A model generated the notes under the pieces. The model searched no databases, was not told where the DNA came from, and saw only the letters and a list, made by a program, of their open reading frames with translations. The position numbers and the translations under genes are program-made. This document shows positions 37,858-51,674 of a stretch of 64,000 bases of DNA, piece by piece. How positions within the stretch are numbered: the first letter of the stretch is position 1; each line of letters begins with the position of its first letter. Origin of the DNA: Lingula anatina (Eukaryota; Animalia; Brachiopoda); the NCBI GenBank assembly GCA_051362555.1, contig CM120649.1, positions 186,001 through 250,000 on the forward strand, written 5' to 3'.

Positions 37858-39922
37858 CTACAATTCAGTCTTTTGTTTGTTTCTTCGCTCTCTTTCTATT
37901 TCCTCAGGTATAGTATACATCCACAGCTTCATCCTCTCTGGTAGTAGATCGTATTCCATTACAGTTTGTTTGCCAATGTTGATGTAGCCCTTCTTGTCCT
38001 TGGTGAACTCCTCCCATGTTGCCACGCCCTCTAGGGGAAGTCCTTGATTTGGATTTCTGAAATAAAACATCGGCTCTTTTTGATAATTTAAGTTTATTGC
38101 CATTAGATGTTTCTACTTATTTCATTCCCCTATTGATTGAATACAATTAACACAACGCAATATTACGTAAGATTAATGTAAGCAGCATGAAAACGAAAGG
38201 TCACACGCCGTGTATAAACTAGGTAATTAATAGTTGTGCAGCAATATCCACTTCCATCCATATTACATAATAAAGTACCCGAATGAATTTAAAAAAAAAA
38301 AACAGAAGTAAAGTTAAACAAACAAATGAGTAATAATTACCCTGTTTTGGCAAAGTTGGTCCAAAATGTCATCACGATATTAGCAGCAATCTGGTCCTCC
38401 TCAGACCACTCAAACTCCACACCCTCTGGGACGATTTTTGTTCCGAAGAGTAGAGGTATTTCGTCCCCGTGTGCGGCACCCTTTGTCCAAGATGGCAGAC
38501 TGAAGCCCATTAAATAGTCAACGACACTTTTTCCACTCAGTACGTGACTGACGAGGTAGGCGTAGGTGGCAGATTTGTGGGTGTCAGTTTTTGATCTCAA
38601 GTGGGCCAGGGATGATTCTACAACATGTTGGTGGAACATCATATCAGTGAAAAAATCACGTGCGGCGAGAGTGTTTTCAATTGGGTCAGTTTTGTGTGTG
38701 TAAAAGTCATGGACGTATTTTTTTACCGCTTCTGGGTTCTCTGAGAAAAATCCTTTCAGCAGTGGCATCACCAGTTTCGTGTTAATGATGTCCTCTGGTA
38801 TCCCGGATGTTATGTTGTACCCATAAGCCTCTTGCGCCATGGCCGCCATGTGAAGAAAAAGGTTCCCCTCTTCTGTTAACGAACCGACCATCCAATCAAC
38901 TTTATTGAACGCCTCGTCCATTTCTTTGTTGGTTTTGGGTTTGAAAGCTGAAAAATACTCCTTCATTCCATAAGGTACAAAATCACCATCTTCTATTGGT
39001 CCAACCGTGCCTGCATCTTCATTACTGATATCCGGTTGTAGTAACTCCATAGATTTATTAACAAGGTCCTCCAAGGGTGTCAAACGCAGGCAGTTCACCA
39101 TCTTCAGACTATCGCTGAGGTTTTCATTGTCTGAAGTGTTACAATTAAGATTGCGGGCCAAATCTTTGGCAGCGCGAAGAGGATTTCTTGCAAACGCAAA
39201 TCCGTTACTAAATGTGGGCGGACTCTGGCTGATGGCGCGTTTAACCAACCCAATGTTATATTTAGTCACTGCTTGATGTTGTACACTAGAACCACCGGCA
39301 GATTCACCAAATATGGTAATGCTTTCTGGGTCACCACCAAATGTTGAGATGTGTTCTTTGACCAATTCAAGGCCTCGTGCTGATCCCACAGTCCAATGTT
39401 GCTTGGTGCATTTTCGTTCAGCGTTGTAAGAAACCCAAATATGTTAAGCCTGTAATTGATGGTGACGCAAATAATATCACCATGTAGAGCCAATTCCTCG
39501 CAGGGGTAGTCCATTCCCTGACCAATTGCGTACCCACCCCCGTGTATCCAAACCATCACCGCTTTGGGGACCTTATTTTCTGATTCAGGGATGTACACAT
39601 TTAGACTGAGACAGTCTTCTGACATATCTATGTGAGGTAACGTGTCTGCCATTCCGGGAAAAAAGACTTGCATACATGAAGGTCCAAATTCGGTAGCATC
39701 TAAGATGCGCGTCCACGGCTTCTTGGGGACTGGTTTGCGAAAGCGTAAATATCCGAGGGGTGGCTCAGCATACGGGATGCCGAGATAGACGTCTATCTTC
39801 TTCCCGTTCACAGTTTCTGTTTTCCCACGGATTTTACCGAGCTTGGTTTCCAGAATCTCTGCATAACTACCAGTAGCTACGATCATGAGCAGTGCAGCCA
39901 GTACTTGTATGTAAGCAGCCAT
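37858..39922 (-). pseudogene. Type-B carboxylesterase copy 1, with a 1-nt frameshift near 39362-39368 (pseudogene or sequencing error)
   Basis: Exon 1 39922-38341, exon 2 38056-37858. Signal peptide, GIPYAEPP, EDCLSLN, WIHGGG, GESAG, TEEG, GAAHGDE, C-terminal KTEL. The paralogs' AAA TGG GTC reads AAT TGG TC here, splitting the ORF (39266-39949 and 38337-39389 in the track). Confidence 0.8.
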
Positions 39923-40544
39923 CTTTGAAAACACTTTGGCCTGTGACACAGTTCTATTAATATCCTCTCAGGTAAACCCTAGTGTTGAACTTTGCTCTGA
40001 TAACGGGAATTTTAGTTCACGTCAATCATTGTCGCTTAAATCAGTGCTACTTGAGAAAGCGTACTTATCGGCTTATTATGTTGCCTGTCAGGTCAGTGTG
40101 CATTGGTCAAGTTACTTTCCTTTTTCAAGTTCTCTTTTTCTTTCACATGAAACGTTTGGTTTCAACACGTACATCTCCACGGCTTTAACACGTAATACGC
40201 TAATTAAGGTTGATTAACTCCCCTTCACAAATTCTCCACAGTTTTGCTTCCTGTTGTTATGTACGTATACCATGAAATATAAGTGAGTTTGCTTTGAGGC
40301 ACAGATTAATACACAGAACTCAAGATTTCTCATTATTTAGGAGAGGTTATACTGGGTTAGCTATAACTGACACATACTTAGGGACTAGTAATAGATAACA
40401 GGTACTTAATTAATTCTGCACTGGGCTCTGTTCATGTAATAGAGAATTTTATTCTTAATAATTTGAAATAAAATATTTCTGTAATACAAAACATGAACAA
40501 TTACACGGTTGATTCTTCATCACATCATATTTGCCATATTTATT

Positions 40545-42579
40545 TTAGAGTTCAGTCTTTTGTTTGTTTCTTTGCTCTTTTTCTATTTCCTCAGGTATAG
40601 TATACATCCACAGCTTCATCCTCTCAGGGTGTAGATCGTATTTCATTTCAGTTTGTTTGCCAATGTTGATGTAGCCTTTCTTGTCCTTGGTGAACTCTTC
40701 CCATGTTGCCATGCCTTCTAGGGGAAGTCCTTGATTTGGGTTTCTGAAAAGTATAAAATTAGATTCAAAATATTTTCCTTTAGTATTTCAAATATTGGCA
40801 TTTCGATTCTTAGAGATTCGTCTAAAATTAATGGCGAAAAAAGATTTGATGACCAAACAGATTGAAATCAAATCAGAAATGAAACAATTGTGTTGTACTT
40901 TCTTGGCAATTTTCTTATAAAAAAAACAAAATGATTACTTTACGTAGATACTGTACATCAGACTGTAACATGAATTACCCCGTTTTTGCAAAATTGGTCC
41001 AAAATGTTCTCACAACTTTGGCGGTTTTTTCATCTTGTTCATTCCAGTCAAAGTCCACACCTTCTTTTAAGATTTTTGTTCCAAAGACTAGAGGTAAATC
41101 GTCTCCGTGTGTGGAAGTCTTCGCCCAGGATGGTAGACTGAAGCCAAAATAATAGTCCATCACGTTCCTTCCGCTCAAAGCGTGACTGATGATGTAGGAA
41201 TAAGTAGCAGATTTCTGGGCGTTACTAGTACCTTTTGATCTCAAGTGGGCCATGCATGCTTCGACAACGTGCTGGTGGAATATAATATCGGTGAAAAAAT
41301 CACACATTGCGAGGGAATTTTCGATTGGGTCGGATTTGTGTGTGTACGCATCATGAATATGCTTTTTTACTATGTCAAGGCTGTTTGGAAACAACGTTTT
41401 TAAAAACGGAAGGATCATATTTGTATTTATGATATCCTCTGGTATCCCGGATGATATGTTGTACCCGTCATCCTCTTGCGTCATGGCCGCCACGTAAAGC
41501 AAGCTATTCCCTTCATCTATTAATGCTCCAACCATCCAATCAACTTTACTAAAAGCTTCGTTTATTTCTGGATTTTTCCTGGTTTTGGAAGCAGAAAAAT
41601 ATTCTTTTGTGCCATAGGGCACAAAATCACCGTCTTCGACTGGAGCAAAAGGCATATTGCCATATTCCGCAACGTCATTTGTGGGGCCTGGCGTTAAAAG
41701 CTCACTAGAAGTATTAAGGAGAACCTCCGCGGGTACCAAACGCAGACAGTTAACCAATTGTAAAGTGTCGCTGAGATCTCGGTTTTCTGAGGTGTTACAA
41801 TTAAGTTTGAGGGCCAGTGCCTTGGCTAACCGAAGAGGGTTTCCCGCGAAAGCAAATCCGTTGCTAAATGTTGGCGGACTCTGGCTGATGGCACGTTTAA
41901 CCAACCCAATGTTATATTTAGTCACTGCCTGATGTTGTACACTAGAACCACCGGCAGATTCACCAAATATGGTAATGCTTTCTGGATCACCACCAAATGT
42001 TGAGATGTGTTCTTTGACCCATTTCAAGGCCTCGTGCTGATCCCACAGTCCAATGTTGCTTGGCGCATTTTCGTCCAGCGTGGTAAGAAATCCAAATAGG
42101 TTCAACCTGTAATTTATTGTGACACAAATGACATCACCGTGTAAAGCCAGTTCTTCGCAGGGAGTCGTCAGTGCCTGGCCAAAATCGTAGCCCCCACCGT
42201 GTATCCAAACCATCACTGATTTGGGGGACTTATTTTCTGATACAGGGACGTATGCATTCAAACTGAGGCAATCTTCTGAGATGTCTGTGTGACGTAAGAT
42301 GTCAGGGAGGGAAAAAAGCAAATTCTGGATACACGAAGGTCCATATTCGGTAGCATCTAACATGCGCGTCCACGGCTTCTTGGGGACTGGTTTGCGAAAG
42401 CGTAAATATCCGAGGGGTGGCTCAGCATACGGAATGCCGAGATATACATTTATCTTCTTCCCGTTGACCGTCTCTGTCTTCCCACGGATTTTACCGAGCT
42501 TGGTTTCCAGAATTTCTGCATGACTACCAGTAAATACGATCATGAGCAGTGCAGCCAGTACTTGTATGTAGGCAGCCAT
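40545..42579 (-). CDS. Type-B carboxylesterase (carboxyl/cholinesterase family) copy 2
   Basis: Exon 1 42579-40979, exon 2 40743-40545. Intact; signal peptide MAAYIQVLAALLMIV, WIHGGG, GESAG (Ser), IDEG (Glu), STHGDD (His), FWTNFAKTG|NPN, C-terminal KTEL. Confidence 0.93.
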
Positions 42580-44389
42580 CTTTGAAACACACTGAACTGT
42601 GACACAGTTCTTTATATGTGCCCTATGGCACAAATAAAGCCATTCTCTCACCTCTGATAAACCCTAGTGTTCAATTTTTCTCTGATATCGGGGATTTTAG
42701 CTCACGTCAATTATTGTGACTTATATCAGTGCTGCGTAAGGTAGGGTTTAATATGTGTGCCATGCTAAGTGACAATTTCCCTTATTCTTACACATCGAAC
42801 GTTTGTTTGCAACGCGGCTCCACAGCTGTATATAACTCATACTTGCGCTAAGGTTGTTTAACGCGACCCCTTTCACACGTTCTCCACAGGTTGTTTTGTT
42901 ATGAACGTATACCCTGAAATATAAATGAGTTTGATTTGATGTACCGATTAATACACGATATCTAAGATTTTTCATCATCTAGAAGAGGTTATATAGGGTC
43001 ATCTACATGTATTACTGGCACATACTAAGAGACTTTGCTGATGACCTACATATCAATAACAGGTACACCTGCCATTCTTTTTGTTTATCTACATAAAGTG
43101 GTGAAATTCAGATCAAAAGCGATGCAACAATGAATTTTTCAAGGATCTGAGCGTGCCCTGCGTACGTTCGACATACTATCTATACTCTCAGCTGATTCAG
43201 CTAGACGACCTCAATATCTTATTCAGACGTTTACACTGATTAGGGTCATCAGCAGTTCAAAAGCAATCTCACCTCTCCAATTCAACCACTTTAAAATACC
43301 TGTAATATGCTTTGGCCTACCAGTGTTGTTACTCACTTTTCAGATTGTTCAGTTCACAAAAATAACCCCAGGCTTATAAATTATTTTAATGGTGTCGCTT
43401 GCTTGTGCACCCGTATCATTTTATGACCTGATATGTAATTATATAACGCAGGTGTACGTGTGCAATTTGAGTAATTAAGATTTGTATGTATCGCGCAATA
43501 CCGGTAGTGCAGTAATGGATTCACCTAAGATAAAAATTAGGAAAGGCCTTTGGAATTAAGTTCTGAGGGATTATATTTTAAGAGAGCACTCGGGACAGCT
43601 AAAAAGACGGACACAAGTTACGGGAGAAGGGTCAGAATTTGAAGACTTCACGTAGATCGTAAAGCAAGCGAGAGTCAACAAAAAAGACCTTAAACTGGCC
43701 AAAGTGTGTCCCTTGGTTTTCTTAGAGCGACTTGACATGGACCTGACACAAACTGTGGAATTTCGGATCGCGTTTGCGCAGTATAAAAGGTTCCATTACA
43801 AGATTAACAGTGCAAGAATCCCCCCCCCCCCAAAAAAAAAAAAAAATCATACTTTGAATTTTCCTGATGTAAACTGCTCCCCCTACCAAAGATCAGTAAA
43901 GTGATGACGTCAATTCTATAAAATATTTTAATCGCCCGTGTGTTTATAATTTCCGCTGCATGTATCTCTTCCTAGACGATTATATAGGGAAGAATTCCAA
44001 TCTTTGGCAATAAATTGAACCATATAGGCCTACATATATCGTCAGCTGTGCACATGATCACTTCACTAGGCGTTGGGGGTGATGCCGTCCTTGGGGGGGG
44101 GGATGATTGATTATATCTTATCACGTAAAAGCTTACTTCATCGGTACCTTTATATAGCCATGTATGAGAGCAGATTTCTTATGTTGTTATTATGATGTTT
44201 ATCAAAAGAAATCAAAACCTTGACCGTCACATAATGGGGGTGGGGTCACTAGTTGGTGATTTAAATTTCCTTTTTACATGTTTTTTTTTTCATTTGTTTA
44301 TCATTAACGAATCGTTTACAGGTACACACTAATATTTACAGTGTACGTTTTAAATTTGGGAGCGACAGTAACATGACCCCAGGATCTTA

Positions 44390-45555
44390 GGGGGTGTGGA
44401 GCTGTATATGTACCTGTGGGTGGAGGTAAAGAAGTGTGGGGTGGGGGGGGGGCTGTATATGTACCTGTGGGTGGAGGTAAAGAAGTGTGGGGTGGGGGGG
44501 GGGGCTGTATATGTACCTGTGGGTGGAGGTAAAGAAGTGTGGGGTGGGGGGGGGCTGTATATGTACCTGTGGGTGGAGGTAAAGAAGTGTGGGGTGGGGG
44601 GGGGGGCTGTATATGTACCTGTGGGTGGAGGTAAAGAAGTGTGGGGTGGGGTGGGGGGCTGTATATGTACCTGTGGGTGGAGGTAAAGAAGTGTGGGGTG
44701 GGGGGGGCTGTATATGTACCTGTGGGTGGAGGTAAAGAAGTGTGGGGTGGGGGGGGGGCTGTATATGTACCTGTGGGTGGAGGTAAAGAAGTGTGGGGTG
44801 GGGTGGGGGGCTGTATATGTACCTGTGGGTGGAGGTAAAGAAGTGTGGGGTGGGGTGTGGGGCTGTATATGTACCTGTGGGTGGAGGTAAAGAAGTGTGG
44901 GGTGGGGGGGGCTGTATATGTACCTGTGGGTGGAGGTAAAGAAGTGTGGGGTGGGGTGGGGGGCTGTATATGTACCTGTGGGTGGAGGTAAAGAAGTGTG
45001 GGGTGGGGGGGGGCTGTATATGTACCTGTGGGTGGAGGTAAAGAAGTGTGGGGTGGGGTGGGGGGCTGTATATGTACCTGTGGGTGGAGGTAAAGAAGTG
45101 TGGGGTGGGGTGTGGGGCTGTATATGTACCTGTGGGTGGAGGTAAAGAAGTGTGGGGTGGGGGGGGGGGCTGTATATGTACCTGTGGGTGGAGGTAAAGA
45201 AGTGTGGGGTGGGGGGCTGTATATGTACCTGTGGGTGGAGGTAAAGAAGTGTGGGGTGGGGGGGGCTGTATATGTACCTGTGGGTGGAGGTAAAGAAGTG
45301 TGGGGTGGGGTGGGGGGCTGTATATGTACCTGTGGGTGGAGGTAAAGAAGTGTGGGGTGGGGGGCTGTATATGTACCTGTGGGTGGAGGTAAAGAAGTGT
45401 GGGGTGGGGGGGGCTGTATATGTACCTGTGGGTGGAGGTAAAGAAGTGTGGGGTGGGGTGGGGGGCTGTATATGTACCTGTGGGTGGAGGTAAAGAAGTG
45501 TGGGGTGGGGGGGGCTGTATATGTACCTGTGGGTGGAGGTAAAGAAGTGTGGGGA
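44390..45555. repeat. G-rich ~50-bp minisatellite, 23 copies
   Basis: Invariant GCTGTATATGTACCTGTGGGTGGAGGTAAAGAAGTGTGGGG followed by a variable G-run linker. Confidence 0.97.
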
Positions 45556-45828
45556 TATGCGACAGTCACCCATCGACAACATGTAGCTATGTATGGTGAA
45601 ACGTGTTGTGCTTTATTCCAGTGTATCCTGTGCGAAGTGGAAAAGATTCTCGTAGTTTATTTCTATTACATGTATTATTCCCATGCGGCTTCTGCAGGAG
45701 TTCTGTGTATACACCACAGAATAATACTATTAATTTGAAATAAGTATCTTCTAAAAATATTCTGTGACGCAAAACTTGGAACAATTACACGGTTGATTCT
45801 TTATCACATGATATTTGCTATATTTATT

Positions 45829-47841
45829 TTAGAGTTCAGTCTTTTGTTTGTTTCTTTGCTCTTTTTCTATTTCCTCAGGTATAGTATACATCCACAGCTT
45901 CATCCTTTCAGGGTGTAGATCGTATTCCATCTCAGTTTGTTTGCCAATGTTGATGTAGCCTTTCTTGTCCTTGGTGAATTCTTCCCATGTTGCCACGCCC
46001 TCTAGGGGAAGTCCTTGATTTGGGTTTCTGAAAAGTATAAATTACATTTAAAATAATTTCCTTTGTTGGCATTTCGTTTTCTAGAGATTAGCTTGTGATT
46101 TAATAATAATGACAAAATTGTTTTGATGATCCAACAGATTAAAATAAAACATTACTCAGAAACTACATTTTATATTTAAACCCAAATGATTCTTTAACGT
46201 CGATACTGTACATAAGACTAAGATGAATTACCCCGTTTTTGCAAAATTGGTCCAAAATGTCCTCACAACTTTGGCGGTTTTTTCATCTTGTTCACTCCAG
46301 TCAAATTCCACACCTTCTTTTAAGATTTTTGTTCCAAAGACTAGAGGTAAATCGTCTCCGTGTGTGGCAGTCTTCGCCCAGGTTGGTAGACTGAAGCCAA
46401 AATAATAATCAATCACGTTTTTGCCGCTCAAAACATGACTGATGCTATAGGAGTAAGTAGCAGATTTCTGGGCATTACCCTTTGATCTCAGGTGGGCGTG
46501 GCATGATTCCACAACTTGCTGATGAATCACAACATCGCTGAAAAATTCTCTCGCAGCGAGGGAATTTTCGATTGGGTCGTCCTTGTGTGTGTACGCGTCA
46601 TGAATATGCTTTTTTACTATGTCAAGGCTGTTTGGAAACAATGTTTTTAAAAACGGAGTGATCAGATTTGTGTTTAAGATATTCTCTGGTATCCCGGATG
46701 TTATGTTGTACCCGTCATCCTCTTGCGTCATGGCCGCCGTGTAAAGCAGGCCATTCCCTTCGTCTGCTAGTGATCCAACCATCCAATCAACTTTACTAAA
46801 AGCTTCGTCTATTTCTGGATTGCTCCTCGTTTTGGAAGCAGAAAAATATTCTTTTAAACCATAAGGCACAAAATCACCGTCTTCTACTGGAGCGAAAGGA
46901 AATGTTCCGAATTCCTCGGTTTCGCTCGTGATACCTGGTGTTAAAAGCTCACCGGAAGTATTGAGAAGAACCTCGGCGGGTACCAAACGCAGACAGTTAA
47001 CCAATTTTAAAGTGTCGCTGAGATCTCGGTTTTCTGAAGTGTTACAATTTAGTTTGAGGGCCAATTCCTTGGCTAACCGAAGAGGGTTTCCCGCGAAAGC
47101 AAATCCGTTACTAAATGTGGGTGGACTCTGGCTGATGGCACGTTTAACCAACCCAATGTTATATTTAGTCACTGCCTGATGTTGTACACTAGAACCACCG
47201 GCAGATTCACCAAATATGGTAATGCTTTCTGGATCACCACCAAATGTTGAGATGTGTTCTTTGACCCATTTCAAGGCCTCGTGCTGATCCCACAGTCCAA
47301 TGTTGCTTGGTGCATTTTCGTCCAGCGTTGTTAAAAATCCAAACAGGTTCAACCTGTAATTGATGGTGACGCAAATGACGTCACCGTGTAATGCCAGTTC
47401 TTCGCAGGGAGTCCCCAGTGCCTGACCAACAGCGTAGGCCCCACCGTGTATCCAAACCATCACTGCTTTGGGGGCCTTATCTTCAGATACAGGGACGTAC
47501 ACATTAAGATTGAGACAATCTTCTGACATATCAGTATGGAGTAACATGTCAGGAAGGGAGAGAAAGTGAGTCTGCATACACATTGGTCCATATTCAGTGA
47601 CGTCAATAGTACGTGTCCACGGCTTCTTGGGGACTGGTGTTCGGAAACGTAGATGGCCAACGGGAGGTTCTGCAAACGGAATGCCGAGATAAACATCTAT
47701 TTCCTGCCCGTGAATCGTTTCTGTCTTTCCACGAATTTTACCGAGCTTCGTTTCTAGAACTCTTGCTTGAGCACTAATGACTATCATGAATACCGCCGAG
47801 ATGAAAACTGTCATCAGGAGATAGTTGACTGTGTCACCCAT
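45829..47841 (-). CDS. Type-B carboxylesterase copy 3
   Basis: Exon 1 47841-46232 (MGDTVNYLLM...), exon 2 46027-45829. Intact triad motifs GESAG, ADEG, ATHGDD; oxyanion loop HGGAY; KTEL. Confidence 0.93.
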
Positions 47842-49629
47842 CTTTTTGCTTAAACTACGCAGGTCAAACTTTGAGTTGAGCTGTTTTGGTATCCGCCTCC
47901 TGTACCTAGCTACGTGGACTTCCCTTACCGCAGTCAATACTGATACTAAATATATAGCAAATAGTGGCTCCGCCTTTGTTAAAACCTGACTTAAAGAAGT
48001 TTATTCAATCCCGGCGGTTGCTCAATCTACCCTCGCTAACTTAATCCTTGAAATATATTTATCTTTCAACAATATTGACATAGCCCCGTATGTTGTACTT
48101 ATACGATGCAAACCCACATTCCCACGTACACCTTCGATCCACGTAAATTGACCCAGCTCTGTGTGGACACTCGCTAGTTGCAATCAGCTTAACTGACTGA
48201 CACACCTCCTTGTTTCCTACTCACCAGTTTTCTGTATTCTACTTAACACCAGGAGTCGCCGCAGAGTTGGGTCGATCAATATAGACCGATGGTGTCTGTG
48301 TGAATGTGGCCTAAGATTTGATGGTGCACTCCATTAAAAAGTCAACAAATGAAGTGTACGTACGTGTATTATGTAGACGCGGCATTGACGCTTTTCGCAG
48401 TTGTTTACCTAGAACGACAAACCTGTTAGCTGAATACTGGCCACGTATTATTTAGCATTGCGTGCCACATTTGATGTGTTAATTAAGCATTTGGTCGTCC
48501 TTCTTGCTGAGGGGGAGTAGATCAGTTTTGTTCAGTTTGTCTCTTCTTCAATCAACCTTTCCGTCTAGAATTACTCATTGTTTATTTAAAAAGAAGTTGA
48601 TTTTGACCTTTGCTTAATTTGTATCTGTAATACTTTATTTCACAATACCGTCTGGGGCGACCGACACAAATATTTACACAGGACATAGATTAGACCTACT
48701 TTTTGACATGTACATAGCAAATTGATATGGGTGTACGTGCGTGTACGTATTTTTCCTATGCATCATTCTGTAGCTTTTGTATTTTATTTTTTTATCATAA
48801 AATAGGCGGGTTCCTACATTTTCATTGTCTTCACCAAATTGCAACAAAATACCCCTTCCCTTTCTCCAGTTTTATTTTTCAGTCGTTGCCATATATGAGA
48901 GACCCCTTCAATTAAAACCAAGACTAATCATAAAATCAGTCTCCGGTAGGCGATGACAAACGCCAAGTGCATAATTTCCCCGTTATCCCCAACGACCAGT
49001 CGCTTTTTTTTCTGGTACACCCCCCCCCCCCCCCCCCCCCACGGCCTCTTAAAATTTACTTCACACGCTGTGATCATACAACCGCAAGAATGTCTTTATT
49101 CTAAAGCTAGACACTGAATGAGTATTTTTCTGTTATTTCAAAAAGGAACATATTTTATCATTGAATTTTTATTTATCATACTCATTGTAACTGAAAAGTG
49201 TAGATGTGTTAATTAAGCATTTGGTCGTCCGTCTTACCTGACTGGCACCGTATTCCCACCCCTATCACATTCAGTGTTAAGATCTGCAGACTGAGGGGGA
49301 GTAGATCAGCTTCTGCTAGGCATAACTACACGATAATGATATAACACGTCTATCACATTTCCTTTGCCAAAACATTCAGTGAAAAAATTCCTGATAGACC
49401 TTGGGGCATTCTATGTCTTAACTTACCTTCCTGATAACGACACTTTTTCTCTACTCAGTGAGAAAGACTTACAATGCAAACAGTATTTTTGTTGCATTTT
49501 GTTCCATTGAAATAAATCTCTTTCTGTCATTTCCAAATTATATAAGCTGGAAACACGTCTGATTACAAAGTTAAGTTATACTAATATCAATTCTATTGTT
49601 GTATCGTAGAAATTAAGTCAATTTCTGAT

Positions 49630-51674
49630 TTAGAGCTCTGTCTTTTGTTTAATTGCTCGTTCTCTTTCTATTTCCTCAGGTATAGTATACATCCACAGCT
49701 TCATCCTCTCTGGTAGTAGATCGTATCCCATCTCAGTTTGTTTGCCAATGTTGATGTAGCCTTTCTTGTCCTTGGTGAACTCCTCCCATGTTGCCACGCC
49801 CTCTAGGGGAAGTCCTTGGTTGGGATTTCTGAAGGCAAACGTACACATTAGCTGTATTCATTATAATTATTATTATAAGCACCATACAATGCTTTACGTG
49901 GGACATATCTCAGAGGAAAACGTTTTCAGCTCTTAAACTATTTCTTGTGTTGCACTGCATCTTCTAAACACTTCTGGATTTAAATCAAATAAAAGCCGGG
50001 CAGTGACCTAATATAGCACTTTCTCTACATGTATTTTAAAAATAATTTTTAAAATATCAGTTTACCCTGTTTTGGCAAAGTTGGTCCAAAACGTCATCAC
50101 AGTATTAGCAGCAATCTGGTCCTCCTCAGACCACTCAAATTCCACACCCTCTTTGACGATATTTGTTCCAAAGAGTAAAGGTAGTTCATCACCGTGTGCG
50201 GCACATCTCGTCCAAGATGGGAGACTGAAACCTATTAAGTAGTCAACGGCGTTTTTTCCACTTAATACGTGACTGACGAGGTAGGCGTAGGTGGCAGATT
50301 TCTGGGTGTCAGTTTTTGATCTCAAGTGGGCCAAGGATGATTCTACAACATGCTGGTGGAAAACAATATCAGTGAAAAAATCTCGCATGGCGAGTGTATT
50401 TTCAATTGGGTCAGTTTTGTGTGTGTACATTTCATGAATATGCTTTTGTACCGTTTTTATACTACCTGGAAACATTGGTTTCAGCACCGGAAGAACTAGA
50501 TTTTTGTCAATTATCTCGGCTGGTATCCCGGATGTTATGTTGAATTCTAAAGCTTGTTGCAGCATGGCAGTCGTGTACAACATAAAGTTGCCTTCGTCAG
50601 CAAGAGATCCCACCATCCAATCGACTTTACTGAATGCCTCATCCATTTCCGGACTGGGTTTGGACTTGGAAACCGAAAAATAGTCCTTCATCCCATATGG
50701 AACAAAGTCTCCATCTTCTGTTGGAGCAAAAGCAATTTCAAACTCTACATCTTCTTTTGTAAGGTCTGGTTGCACTAACTCAGTAGTTTTATTCAACAGA
50801 TCTTCTGCGGAAACCAGGCGGAGACAATTAACCAATTTTCGAGTATCCGTGAGATGTTCATTATCAGAAGTGTTACAATTGAGTTTGCGAGCCATTTTCT
50901 TAGTTGTAAGTAGAGGATTCCTCGCCAACGCAAATCCGTTACTAAATGTGGGCGGACTCTGGCTGATGGCGCGTTTAACCAACCCAATGTTATATTTAGT
51001 CACTGCCTGATGTTGTACACTAGAACCACCGGCAGATTCACCAAATATGGTAATGCTCTCTGGATCACCACCAAATGTTGAGATGTGTTCTTTGACCCAT
51101 TTCAAGGCCTCGTGCTGATCCCACAGTCCAATGTTGCTTGGCGCATTTTCATCCAGCGTTGTTAGAAACCCAAAAACAGTCAGTCTATAGTTGATTGTGA
51201 TGCATACGATATCACCATGCAGAGCCAATTCTTCGCAGGGGGTCGCCATACCCTGGCCGATCGCGTAGCCACCTCCGTGTATCCAGACCATCACCGCTTT
51301 AGAGGCCTTATTTTCTGATACAGGGATGTACATATTAAGACTGAGACAGTCTTCTGACACATCAGTGTGTTGTAGCATGTCTGCCATCCCGGGATATAGA
51401 ATTTGCATACAAGATGGTCCGTACTCAGTAGCGGCTAAAGTACGCGTCCATGGTTTTTGGGTACTGGCTTTCGGAAGCGAAGATGTCCAAGGGGAGGTTC
51501 TGCATATGGTATGCCCAGGTAGACATCTATTTCCTTTCCGTTCACCGTTTCTCTTTTTCCTTGGATTTTCCCGAGCTTAGTTTCCAGAATCTCAGCATGG
51601 CTAGTGACGATCATAAAAAACACAGCTAAAATACATGAAGCCATCACAGAAGTGCAGTTAAGTGAGACAGCCAT
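49630..51674 (-). pseudogene. Type-B carboxylesterase copy 4, with a 1-nt deletion near 51453 (pseudogene or sequencing error)
   Basis: Exon 1 51674-50066, exon 2 49828-49630. Close paralog of copy 5; CCATGGTTTTTGGG here versus CCATGGCTTTTTGGG in copy 5 shifts the frame at PKKPW. The remainder is open with intact catalytic motifs and KTEL. Confidence 0.8.

Noticed and set aside
44316-45582. Long Pro/His/Thr-rich ORFs (417 and 410 aa) and a CRISPR-like repeat/spacer appearance
   Set aside because: The ORFs are translations of a minisatellite whose unit length varies without regard to frame; the 'spacers' are only G-runs, there are no cas genes, and the DNA is eukaryotic.
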